Positions 19,601-28,915 of a stretch of 64,000 bases of DNA are shown here, in pieces. The translations under genes and the position numbers were made by a program. The stretch is taken from positions 42,816-106,815 of the forward strand of contig CALUYH010000001.1 of assembly GCA_944324965.1 (NCBI GenBank). Direction: 5' to 3'. The DNA comes from Candidatus Avelusimicrobium gallinaceum. GTDB taxonomy: Bacteria > Elusimicrobiota > Elusimicrobia > Elusimicrobiales > Elusimicrobiaceae. Positions within the stretch are counted from its first letter, which is position 1. Every line of letters begins with the position of its first letter. The notes beneath the pieces were generated by a model that was not told where the DNA came from, ran no database searches, and saw nothing but the letters and a program-made list of their open reading frames with translations.

Positions 19601-20530
19601 TCAGGCGCGGCGGTCCATTACGTAAAAACTGCCGTCTTCGTATTTTTTGGCCAGGCATTTGAGCTCGCTGCCGATGTTGCTGACCATCGCAAACGACGTC
19701 AGCGGCCGTTTGGTATTGTGCACGATGCCAATGCCGATAGAGAGAAATTTGAACTTTTCCACTTCCCCTTTGCGGTTGGTGGACACCATATACCCGTTTT
19801 TGCGGTCCTCGTCGTTATAAAAGGTAGGGGCGAGGGCGTCGGTCTTGGCGGTGATTTCTTTGGCGATGTCTTCGGCCTTGTCAAACGAGCAGACGACGAT
19901 GAAATCATCCCCGCCGATGTGCCCCACAAACGAGGTCGGGTCCTGCTCCGCGGCGCGGACGATGACGTCCGCCTCGGTTTTCAGCACGCGGTCCCCCGCT
20001 TCAAAGCCGTATTTGTCGTTAAAAGATTTAAAATTGTTCAAATCGCAATACAACACTGCAAACGGGCGTCCGCCCGCAACTTCCGCCTCCACCCGTGCCT
20101 GAATGGACGGGTTGCCCGGCAGGCGGGTGAGGGGGTTGCAATCCATTTTTTGTTTGTTGCGCTTTAAAAGCAGTTTCACGCGCGCGACGATTTCGTCCTC
20201 GTCGGCGGGTTTGGTCAGATAGTCGTCAATATCCAGCCCCAGGCCTTCGAGCTTGGTGGATTTGTCCGTCACGGCGGTAAAAATGATGATGGGCGTATGC
20301 AAATAGCCGGTGCGGCTGCGCACTTCCCGCACGACTTCAAACCCGGTCTTTTTGGGCATTTCGTAGTCCAAAATCAGCAAATCGGGGTTTTCTTTGTAGG
20401 TTTTTTCAATGGCTTCCTGGCCGTCTTCGGCTTCTATCACGGTAAAGCCGGCATTGGTCAGAATTTCGGATACTAAAAAACGGATGGCGTGGGAATCGTC
20501 GGCCAGTAAAATCTTTGCATTGTGTTCCAT
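19601..20530 (-). CDS. Response regulator with a GGDEF-family (GGDDF) domain
   Basis: REC domain (LADD, LDYEMP, YLTKP); NPLTRLPGN, DLNNFKSFNDKYG and HIGGDDF. Confidence 0.88.
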   Translation of the reverse strand: MEHNAKILLADDSHAIRFLVSEILTNAGFTVIEAEDGQEAIEKTYKENPDLLILDYEMPKKTGFEVVREVRSRTGYLHTPIIIFTAVTDKSTKLEGLGLDIDDYLTKPADEDEIVARVKLLLKRNKQKMDCNPLTRLPGNPSIQARVEAEVAGGRPFAVLYCDLNNFKSFNDKYGFEAGDRVLKTEADVIVRAAEQDPTSFVGHIGGDDFIVVCSFDKAEDIAKEITAKTDALAPTFYNDEDRKNGYMVSTNRKGEVEKFKFLSIGIGIVHNTKRPLTSFAMVSNIGSELKCLAKKYEDGSFYVMDRRA

Positions 20531-20590
20531 AAGCATATTTAAATAAATTTGCATTTCCCGCGCAAGAGCCCTATTTCGTATAATTTAACT

Positions 20591-21892
20591 ATGACTTACG
20601 CCATTTTATTTATTGGGGTGCTCTTGTTTTTGGGGCATATTTTTTCTTCCCTGTTTGAAAAAACCCGCCTGCCGGACGTGTTGCCGCTGATGATTTTGGG
20701 CATTGTGTTGGGGCCGGTGCTGAAAGTGGTCAGCCCAGAGTCCTTTGGCGAGGCCGGGCAGATTTTTACCACCCTGGCGCTGATTGTGGTGCTGTTTAAA
20801 AGCGGGTTGGACTTCCGCATTTTGTCGCTGCGCGGGGCGGTAGGGCAGGGGCTCTTGCTCACCACCGTGTGCTTTTTATTGATTACGGCCGTTATCGCTT
20901 TTATTACGCAGAGTATTTTGGGCATTCCGCAAATTTACGCGCTGATTATCGGTTCCATCGTGGCCGATAACTCCACCGCCATCATCACCCCGATGCTGGC
21001 CAAACTGAAAATTGCCAAAACCACCAAAACCATTCTGTTTCTGGAAGCCAACTTGACGGGGGTATACTCCATTGTGTTGGCGTTGGCGCTTTTGTCGGCG
21101 GCGTCGCGCGGGGGGACGGTGTCGGCCGGGATGCTGGCGGCCGACGTGCTGAAATCCTTTGGTATCGGCATCGTATTTGCGCTGGCGGCGGGATTATTCT
21201 GGATGAGTATTTTAAACCGCGTGCGCCGGTTGGAAAACGCCATTTCGCTTACGTTTGCGTTTGTGCTGTTGGTGTACAGTTTAAGCGGGCTGATTGGCGG
21301 GGACGGCGCCATCGCCACGCTGGCGTTTGGGGTGGTGGCCGGCAACATCCGGCTGATTAAACGGCTGTGGCTGCCCAAGCTGGACTACCGGCGCCTGATG
21401 TCACTTAACAGCGGGGAAAAAGACTTTTTTGAAGAAATTGAGTTTATTTTCAAAACGTTGTTTTTTGTATTTATGGGGATTTGCCTGCGGCTGGGGCGGG
21501 TGGATTTGCTGGCGATTGGGCTGGTGCTGTCGCTGGCCAAGCTGGTGTTCCGCGCCCCGGTGGTGAATTACTGCGTTTCGCGCAAAATCACGCGGGAAGA
21601 TTGCTCCGTAATTACGGCCATGTGCCCCAACGGGCTGGTCAGCGCGGTGCTGGCGGCGATGATCGCCTCGCAATTGCCCAAAGAGGGGGCGGTGATTCAG
21701 GACGTGATTTACGCCGTCATTTTCTTTAGCGTGCTGATTTCCAATTTGATGTCTTTCCGCATTGAAAAGGGCGGCTTAAAATGGCTGGGAAAAGCCATGT
21801 TTGCCCGCCACGCTGCGGCCCCCGTCCTGGAGGCGCCCGCTCCGGAACCGGAACCGGCAGGCGAACCGGCCCCCGCTCCGGAAAACAAATAA
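20591..21892 (+). CDS. Cation:proton antiporter (CPA/NhaP-like)
   Basis: Many TM helices; LPDVLPLMILGIVLGP, FFVFMG and PNGLVSAVLA. Confidence 0.8.
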   Translation: MTYAILFIGVLLFLGHIFSSLFEKTRLPDVLPLMILGIVLGPVLKVVSPESFGEAGQIFTTLALIVVLFKSGLDFRILSLRGAVGQGLLLTTVCFLLITAVIAFITQSILGIPQIYALIIGSIVADNSTAIITPMLAKLKIAKTTKTILFLEANLTGVYSIVLALALLSAASRGGTVSAGMLAADVLKSFGIGIVFALAAGLFWMSILNRVRRLENAISLTFAFVLLVYSLSGLIGGDGAIATLAFGVVAGNIRLIKRLWLPKLDYRRLMSLNSGEKDFFEEIEFIFKTLFFVFMGICLRLGRVDLLAIGLVLSLAKLVFRAPVVNYCVSRKITREDCSVITAMCPNGLVSAVLAAMIASQLPKEGAVIQDVIYAVIFFSVLISNLMSFRIEKGGLKWLGKAMFARHAAAPVLEAPAPEPEPAGEPAPAPENK

Positions 21893-21957
21893 TTTTTGTA
21901 CCGCAAAAAAACGCCCCGTAGTATATACGGGGCGTTTTGCTGCTTATAAAACCGGCA

Positions 21958-22650
21958 TTAAGGCTTGTACACAAACGAAAGCAGACAATCTTTCACGTGG
22001 TCCCGCCGCCAGGAAAAGAAGTTTTCCTTATCCCCGCAGGTGCAGTAGTACGGAGTTTTGATGTCCGTGGCACTCATCCCGGCCAGCTGGAGCTGGAGGA
22101 TGATTTCCGTATTTAAATTGACGAAAATTTTGCCGTCCTTGCGCACGATGCTCTGGGCGGAAAATTGGCTGGCGGTATCTTCCTGCACTTCAAAACAGCA
22201 ACTTTGGATATGCGGCCCCAGCCAGCCGTACAGGGGGCCTTGCGCGCCGGCGTCTTTCATCGCCAGGGCGGTTTTGTAGGGCAGCTGCCTGACTACGCCG
22301 CGCCAGCCGCAATGGGCAAGGGCAAACACGCGGGCGGTTTCGTCCCACAAAAAAAGCGGCACGCAATCGGCTGTCAAAATGGCCGCGCCCCAGCCGCCGC
22401 AAGACAGCACCCACGCATCGGCTTCTTGCTCGGGCTGGTTTTGAAAGGCTAATGCATCCGCATCCGACGCAATGCGGATGATACGGTCGCTGTGCGTTTG
22501 ATGGAAATGCAGCATTTGCGCTTCCGGCACGTTTAATTGGCGGAACACGGCCGTTTGGTTGGCGGCCTCGCGCATATTGCCTGCGTGGCGGGATACGGTT
22601 CCGCCCACCAGGCCCAGGGCAAGCATTCGGTTATCGGCGTATATCTTCAT
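21958..22650 (-). CDS. pgeF: YfiH/PgeF family protein
   Basis: QTHS, TADCVP, HCGWRG, GPHI..CCFEV and FFSWRR motifs. Confidence 0.88.
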   Translation of the reverse strand: MKIYADNRMLALGLVGGTVSRHAGNMREAANQTAVFRQLNVPEAQMLHFHQTHSDRIIRIASDADALAFQNQPEQEADAWVLSCGGWGAAILTADCVPLFLWDETARVFALAHCGWRGVVRQLPYKTALAMKDAGAQGPLYGWLGPHIQSCCFEVQEDTASQFSAQSIVRKDGKIFVNLNTEIILQLQLAGMSATDIKTPYYCTCGDKENFFSWRRDHVKDCLLSFVYKP

Positions 22651-23446
22651 ATTCTAATTTCTTCAGGCGGACGGCGCCTAATGTTTCGGAAAGTAATTTT
22701 TCGGCCAGGTGTTTAAACCGGGTCGGGTCGTCGCTGGCGTAGAGCTGCACGCGGCCTTTGCCGCGGGTTTCCAGCTGGCCGCGTTCGGCCAAAAAGGCTT
22801 GGGCGGCGTCGGCCAGGGTGTCGGCCGAGTCCACCAGGCGCACGCTTTTGCCCAGAATGCGGGATAATACCGGCTTTAACAGCGGGTAATGGGTGCAGCC
22901 TAAAATCACGGTGTCGGCACCGCTTTTTTGCACGGGTTTTAAATACTCTTGTGCAATCAGCGCGGCGGCGGGTTTTTGGCCCCAGCTTTCTTCGGCCAGC
23001 GGCACAAACAGCGGGCACGCCTGCTGGAGAACGCGCGCTTTAGGCGCGCACTTTAAAATGGCTTTGGGATAGGCTTTGCTGCGTACGGTGCCTTCCGTGC
23101 CCAATACGGCAATCCGTCCGTTGCGGGTGACGTCCGCCGCCCGCCGGGCACCGGGTTCAATTACGCCCATAACGGGTACATCCATCCGGCGGCGCAGTTC
23201 CGCCAACGCCTGGGCCGAGGCCGTATTGCACGCCACCACAATCAGCTTGACCCCCTGGGTTTGCAAAAAGCGGGCAATTGCTAAAGAAAATTTGGTTACG
23301 GCCGCTTTGGATTTGGAGCCGTAAGGTACGTTGGCGGTATCGCCGAAATAAATTAAATCTTCGTGCGGCAGTTTGCGGCGCAGGGCTTTTAGAATGGTCA
23401 GCCCGCCCAGGCCGGAGTCAAAAACGCCGATGGGTTGTTTTTTCAT
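22631..23446 (-). CDS. murI: Glutamate racemase
   Basis: FDSGLGGLT, PYGSK, VACNTA and LGCTHYP motifs. Confidence 0.95.
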   Translation of the reverse strand: MKKQPIGVFDSGLGGLTILKALRRKLPHEDLIYFGDTANVPYGSKSKAAVTKFSLAIARFLQTQGVKLIVVACNTASAQALAELRRRMDVPVMGVIEPGARRAADVTRNGRIAVLGTEGTVRSKAYPKAILKCAPKARVLQQACPLFVPLAEESWGQKPAAALIAQEYLKPVQKSGADTVILGCTHYPLLKPVLSRILGKSVRLVDSADTLADAAQAFLAERGQLETRGKGRVQLYASDDPTRFKHLAEKLLSETLGAVRLKKLEYEDIRR

Positions 23447-23508
23447 AATTCTTATTATAGTAATTTGGATATTGGAACAAAACCCTTTCTTTGTGCTAGA
23501 ATATGCTT

Positions 23509-24996
23509 ATGTTTAAAAAGAAGATTCTATGGCTTTTGGCGGTGTGTTTGTGCGGGGCTTCCCTGTGGGCTGCCCCTGCCCGGCAAAGTGCCCCGCTGAT
23601 TGTGGGGGGCAATTTTTCCACCCAGACCAATACTTCTTCGCAAACCAAAGTGTTCAACCAGGCTGCCCGCAACGCGGAAATCGCTTCCTTAAATAACCAG
23701 CTGAAACAAAAACGCTTTGCGGATGTCATCCGCCGGATTAATGCGCTGACGGCCAAAAACTTTCTGGATAACCGCTTTCACCTTTTGCTGGCCATTGCCT
23801 ACGACGGCCTGGGCCAGTACGACGACGTTATCTACTCCGCCGGTCAGGCCATTGCCGTAGCTCCGCAGGATTCCCGCGCCTACATTTTGCGCGGCGGTGC
23901 TTATTTGCAGCAGGGCAATTACGAACGCGCCCGTATGGACGCCGATACCGCCCTCAAGTTAAACCCTTCTTCCCGCCTGGCCCAAAAATTGCAAAGCGAT
24001 TTGGACGAAAAAATGGCCATCAAACGTAACGAGGAACCGGCCAAACAAACCAAACAGGAAACTACCCCGCGCTGGATAACGCTGTATTTCCTGGCGGTGT
24101 TTGTGGCGCTGCTGTTGTTTATCTATTGGCGCTACGAGGACGTGTTCCACCAGCCCAAAAATGCTTTTTCCCGCCGGGAAGTGGACGTGAAGGAACAGTA
24201 CGATTTTATCCGCCAAATCGGCGAAGGCGGCATGGGCAAAGTGTACGAAGCGTACGACAAAGTGCTCAAACGCAAAGTGGCCATCAAACGCGTCCGCCCG
24301 GAACTGGTGCGCAGTGCGTACGTGCGCGAGCAGTTCTTGTCCGAAGCGCGCATGGTGGCGTTATTGCGCCACCCGTGCATTGTGGAAATTTACACGGTGA
24401 TAGAATCCGAAAGCTCCCTGTATTTGGTGTTTGAATACGTGGACGGCCAAACGCTGGAAACCCGCTTGGATATTGACGGCCGGCTGCCGTTTTCCAAGGC
24501 GAAACGGATTTTTGAATACGTCTGCCGCGGCTTGCAGTATGCCCACTCGCAGGATATTATCCACTGCGACTTAAAACCCGGCAACATTATGCTGTTTGAC
24601 GATGACAAAGCCAAAGTGATGGACTTCGGCGTGGCCAAAAAATCGGTGGACCACCAAACCGGCGCCCGCACCGTGGCCGGTACGCCGGCGTATATGGCGC
24701 CCGAACAGCAGAAAGGCTTTATGCGCAAACAATCGGACGTGTACTCCCTGGCGCTGTGCCTGTACGAAGCGCTGGTGGGGCAGGTGCCGTGGACGGTGAA
24801 AGGTTTTGATATTGCCAACAAAAAAATTGTGCCGGCTTCCAAACTGGCGCCCAACATTCCGCCGGCGGTGGATGACTTGCTGGCCGACGCGCTGAAAGAG
24901 GACCCCAAAGAACGCATCCAATCCATTGACGAATTTTGGAGCCGCTTAAAAGCCATTGAGCCGTTGCCGGAAGAAATGGAACAAACACATTATTAA
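23509..24996 (+). CDS. Signal peptide - TPR - TM - Hanks-type Ser/Thr kinase
   Basis: GEGGMGKVY, VAIK, HCDLKPGN, DFG and GTPAYMAPE motifs; TPR-like helices precede a TM segment. Confidence 0.9.
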   Translation: MFKKKILWLLAVCLCGASLWAAPARQSAPLIVGGNFSTQTNTSSQTKVFNQAARNAEIASLNNQLKQKRFADVIRRINALTAKNFLDNRFHLLLAIAYDGLGQYDDVIYSAGQAIAVAPQDSRAYILRGGAYLQQGNYERARMDADTALKLNPSSRLAQKLQSDLDEKMAIKRNEEPAKQTKQETTPRWITLYFLAVFVALLLFIYWRYEDVFHQPKNAFSRREVDVKEQYDFIRQIGEGGMGKVYEAYDKVLKRKVAIKRVRPELVRSAYVREQFLSEARMVALLRHPCIVEIYTVIESESSLYLVFEYVDGQTLETRLDIDGRLPFSKAKRIFEYVCRGLQYAHSQDIIHCDLKPGNIMLFDDDKAKVMDFGVAKKSVDHQTGARTVAGTPAYMAPEQQKGFMRKQSDVYSLALCLYEALVGQVPWTVKGFDIANKKIVPASKLAPNIPPAVDDLLADALKEDPKERIQSIDEFWSRLKAIEPLPEEMEQTHY

Positions 24997-25094
24997 TTTA
25001 ACCTGATGCAAAAGCCGGGGCAAAACTGCCCCGGCTTTTTTGTTTCCCGGTTCCAAATAAAAATGCCGCCCGGCGGGCGGCATGTAAAGGCAAG

Positions 25095-25841
25095 TTAGCG
25101 GAGTGTTTTGCGGGCGGCTTCAAACACGTCTTCCAATGCGCGGAAGATGGGCTTTTCGCCAAAGTGCGGATCCCACTTCAGCTGGCTTAAGCAATCGCTC
25201 ACCACAAACGCCGCCGCGCCTTTGGCTTTGCGCTTAGCGCATACGGCGTAAAAGGCGGCCGCTTCCATTTCCACGGTCAGCACGTCTTTCTTTTGGTAGT
25301 GCTTCACTTCTTCTTTGGTTTCGCGGAAAATAGCGTCCGTCGTCCAGTTGCGCCCGATGTGGAAATTCTTTCCGTCGGCTTTAAGTTGTTTGGCCAGGCG
25401 GGAGAGCAGGGCTTTGTTGGGGCGGCTTGTTTCGCGCGCGGTGTAGCAGGGGGAGGTGCCGTCATCGCAGAGGGCTTCATCGCACAGGACGATGTCGGCC
25501 GGTTGCACTTCTTCCTGCAGCGAGCCGGCCAGCCCGATAAATACAAATTCTTTCACGCCCAGCGCAATCAACACTTCCAGCGCCATGGTCATCCCCGGTG
25601 CGCCGGAGCCGAACTGCGTGACGTAGCACAAGTCTTCACCTTGCAGGGCGTAAATGTCGGCCTCGCAGTTGTATTTTTTGTATTTGGCGTGGCTGTCCAC
25701 ATAGCGGGTAAGGGACGAAATAGGGCACAAAATCGCCTTGGAAGGCAATTTCAGGCCGGCCGCCACATGGCGCACGTAACCGGCGGGGGTGGAAATCTCT
25801 TTTAAAGAGGGTTTTTTCGTTTTTGGAAATAGTAAGGTCAT
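25095..25841 (-). CDS. Nucleoside phosphorylase (PNP/UDP family)
   Basis: GSGAP, IGLAGSL, WTTDAIFRET and VEMEAAA motifs. Confidence 0.85.
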   Translation of the reverse strand: MTLLFPKTKKPSLKEISTPAGYVRHVAAGLKLPSKAILCPISSLTRYVDSHAKYKKYNCEADIYALQGEDLCYVTQFGSGAPGMTMALEVLIALGVKEFVFIGLAGSLQEEVQPADIVLCDEALCDDGTSPCYTARETSRPNKALLSRLAKQLKADGKNFHIGRNWTTDAIFRETKEEVKHYQKKDVLTVEMEAAAFYAVCAKRKAKGAAAFVVSDCLSQLKWDPHFGEKPIFRALEDVFEAARKTLR

Positions 25842-25918
25842 ATTTTGATAAAATTTACAGGTTGTGCTTTAGCACACTAATACTATACAAAAAAGGAACC
25901 ACGAAAGGAACAAGGCTT

Positions 25919-27265
25919 ATGGAACTGATTACGCAGGGAGTCGTTCGGTTGAACGCGTTTTTATGGGGCGCGCCGATGTTGGTGCTGATTATCGGCATCA
26001 GCGTATATTTTACCTGGAAATTAAAATTTATCCAAAAACATTTGTTCCCTGCCATTTCGCTTTCGCTGACCAAAAGCCGCAGCGCAGGTGCGGTAAGCAG
26101 TTTCGGTGCCTTGGTGATTGCCCTGGCCGCCATGGTGGGCACCGGCAACATTGTGGGCGTGGCGGCGGCCGTTTCCACCGGCGGGCCGGGGGCGCTGTTT
26201 TGGATGATGCTTTCGGCCTTTTTGGCCATGGCCACCAAATACGCCGAGGCCGTGCTGGCCGTCAAATACCGTGAAAAAAACGCCGCGGGCGAGTACGTGG
26301 GCGGCCCGATGTATGTGCTTAAAAACGGATTGAATATGAAAAAGACCGCCGTCGTGTTTGCCCTGGCCACGGCGTTGATGGGGTTTGCCGATGCGCTGAT
26401 TCAAACCAATTCGCTGGTAGCCGTTTACGGGTCCGTTTTCCGGGCTCCGGCGTGGACAACGACCGTCGTGCTGATGGCGCTGACGGCGGCGGTTATTCTG
26501 GGCGGCGTGCGAAAAATTGCCGCGTTCTGCAAGTGGCTGGTGCCGTTTATGGCCGTTTTGTATATTGTGCTGTGTCTGGCCGTGATTGTAACGCACTTGG
26601 AAAAGCTCCCCTGGGCGATTGCGTGCATTTTTAAAAGCGCTTTCACCGGAACGGCCGTATTAGGCGGTGCGGTGGGCATTACGATAAAAGAAGCCGTGCG
26701 CTACGGCGTATCGCGCGGGGTGCTGTCCAACGAAGCCGGCAGCGGCAGCGGCGCCATTGCCGCGGCGGCCGCGCAAACGCCCAATTCCGTGCGGCAGGGG
26801 CTCATTTCGGCCACGACCGTGTTTTGGGATACGCTGGTGATTTGCTTGCTGTCCGGGGTGGCGGTGGTGCTGGCGGGCGATTGGCAGAGCGGCACGCTGT
26901 TTGGCGCGCAACTGGCGGAAAACGCTTTCGGCACGCTGCCGGGCGGGTCGTTTTTCCTGCTGGCGTCTTTGACGCTGTTTGCCTTTTCCACGCTGGTGGG
27001 GTGGAGCTATTACACGGCCAAATCGGTGCAGTTTTGCCTGGGCGTACAGGTGGAAAAGCCCGTCTATTGGCTGTGGCTTGCGATGATGTGCGCGGGCGGA
27101 TTTTTAAGCCCCAAGCTGGTGTGGGAACTGGCCGACACCGCCATTGCGGTGATGTGCGTGCCGAACATTTTGGCGTTGTGGCTGCTGCGCAAAGAAGTGT
27201 TTGCCGAAACCAAAACGTACCTGTCAGCCGAATTGGCTTACGCGCGCCGTTTGGAATGCAAATAG
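25919..27265 (+). CDS. Alanine/glycine:cation symporter (AGCS family)
   Basis: VGTGNIVGVA, GGPGALFWM, GGPMY and SNEAG motifs. Confidence 0.92.
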   Translation: MELITQGVVRLNAFLWGAPMLVLIIGISVYFTWKLKFIQKHLFPAISLSLTKSRSAGAVSSFGALVIALAAMVGTGNIVGVAAAVSTGGPGALFWMMLSAFLAMATKYAEAVLAVKYREKNAAGEYVGGPMYVLKNGLNMKKTAVVFALATALMGFADALIQTNSLVAVYGSVFRAPAWTTTVVLMALTAAVILGGVRKIAAFCKWLVPFMAVLYIVLCLAVIVTHLEKLPWAIACIFKSAFTGTAVLGGAVGITIKEAVRYGVSRGVLSNEAGSGSGAIAAAAAQTPNSVRQGLISATTVFWDTLVICLLSGVAVVLAGDWQSGTLFGAQLAENAFGTLPGGSFFLLASLTLFAFSTLVGWSYYTAKSVQFCLGVQVEKPVYWLWLAMMCAGGFLSPKLVWELADTAIAVMCVPNILALWLLRKEVFAETKTYLSAELAYARRLECK

Positions 27266-27331
27266 GACGATAAAAAGCCTTTACAAGCCGGTTGTTAGGT
27301 GGTATCATTGTTATATAGGCAAGAGGCAAAA

Positions 27332-28246
27332 ATGCTCAAAAAATACGAGATTTTAAATAAAAAGCTGACGGAAACCGAATCGGACGCTGCCCAAGTGCTG
27401 GTGTACACCAACCCCTCGGTAGAGGAACAGCGCTATTTGGTGGAATCCTGCCAGATTGACGAGCACACCCTCGCCTCTGCCCTGGACCCGGACGAATTGC
27501 CCCGCTTGGAATTTGAACCCGAACACATCGTGATGATTTACAAACGCCCCAAAAACTATTCCGGCAAAGACCAGCTGGAATTTAAGGTGGCTTCGGTGGG
27601 GATGTTCCTGTTTGAAAACAAACTGATCGTGGTCCTGGCCGAAGACATTCCGCTGTTTGTGGGCAAGCGGTTCCATACGGTATCTTCCATTAAAGAAGTC
27701 TTTTTGAAACTGGTTTACAATTCCATTTCCCACTACGTGGAACACTTGCGCATTATTCATATGATTTCCGAAGAAATTGAGGATAAAATTACGGAATCTA
27801 TGGATAACACGTATCTGCTGAACCTGTTCAGCCTGGTAAAAAGTTTGGTGTACTACGCCGAGGCTATTACTTCCAACGGATTTGTGTTTGAAAAAGCCCG
27901 CAACCTTTCGGCCCGTATCGGCTTTGACGAAAAAGACGAAGAAATGCTGGACGATATCATCGTGGAAAATATGCAGTGCAAAACCCAGGCGGATATTTAT
28001 TCCAACATTCTGGCCCAGCTGTTGGATGCGCGTGCGTCCATCGTAAACAACAATTTAAACCAGCTGATTAAAAAGTTAAACGTCATTACCATTTGGATGA
28101 TGGTGCCTACGCTGGTGGTCAGTGCGTACGGGATGAACGTGGCGCTGCCGCTTTCCAACCACCCGGACGCTTTTTGGATGCTGATGGGGCTGTGTTTGAT
28201 TTTGGTGTGGCTGGTGATGATGTACTGGCGGCACAAAAACTGGTAA
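27332..28246 (+). CDS. corA: CorA family Mg2+ transporter
   Basis: LDPDELPR; YGMN motif between two C-terminal TM helices. Confidence 0.9.
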   Translation: MLKKYEILNKKLTETESDAAQVLVYTNPSVEEQRYLVESCQIDEHTLASALDPDELPRLEFEPEHIVMIYKRPKNYSGKDQLEFKVASVGMFLFENKLIVVLAEDIPLFVGKRFHTVSSIKEVFLKLVYNSISHYVEHLRIIHMISEEIEDKITESMDNTYLLNLFSLVKSLVYYAEAITSNGFVFEKARNLSARIGFDEKDEEMLDDIIVENMQCKTQADIYSNILAQLLDARASIVNNNLNQLIKKLNVITIWMMVPTLVVSAYGMNVALPLSNHPDAFWMLMGLCLILVWLVMMYWRHKNW

Positions 28247-28351
28247 CTTTTTACATAACGCACAAGCGGGCTTGGCCCGCTTTTTTAATCTAATCCTTTT
28301 TTTCGGGGCGGTTGGATTGGTGCCCCGGAGGCATTTTGGTACACTGTATAT

Positions 28352-28915
28352 ATGCAAACTCCCGCTAAACTTCTCGTGTTATCTTGCTGCGCCCCGTGTT
28401 CGTGTGCGGCGCTTAAAAAACTGTCGCAGGACGGGGTGGACGTGACCGTGCTGTTTTACAACCCGAACATCTATCCCGCCGCCGAATACGAAAAACGCCG
28501 CGACGAACAAAAAAGGCTATGTGAACGGTTGGGCGTAAAATTTGCCGAACAGCCCTACGAGCCCGACGTGTGGGACGCGTGCGTGAAAGGGTTGGAAAAC
28601 GAACCCGAACGCGGCAAACGCTGCTCGGCCTGTTTTTATTTGCGCCTTAAAAAAGCGGCCGAATACGCCCGCCAACACAAATTTGACGCCTTTGCTTCGG
28701 TGTTGGGCGTATCGCCGTATAAGGATTTAAAACAAGTCAACGAGGCGGCCCGCCGGGCGTGGATGGTCACCGGCAAACCGTATGTGGCCGTTAATTGGCG
28801 CAAGGGCGGGCTGGAAGAACTGCGCCGCGCGCTGATTAAAGAATTTCAACTCTACAAACAAAATTATTGCGGCTGTAAATACAGCCTGCGGAAAAATGAA
28901 GAAAAAATGGATTAG
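28352..28915 (+). CDS. queH: Epoxyqueuosine reductase QueH
   Basis: CCAPCS, FYNPNI, PERGKRCSAC and QNYCGC motifs. Confidence 0.9.
   Translation: MQTPAKLLVLSCCAPCSCAALKKLSQDGVDVTVLFYNPNIYPAAEYEKRRDEQKRLCERLGVKFAEQPYEPDVWDACVKGLENEPERGKRCSACFYLRLKKAAEYARQHKFDAFASVLGVSPYKDLKQVNEAARRAWMVTGKPYVAVNWRKGGLEELRRALIKEFQLYKQNYCGCKYSLRKNEEKMD

Noticed and set aside
19601-20530. GGDDF as a novel cyclase variant
   Set aside because: GGDDF is a known variant within the GGDEF family.
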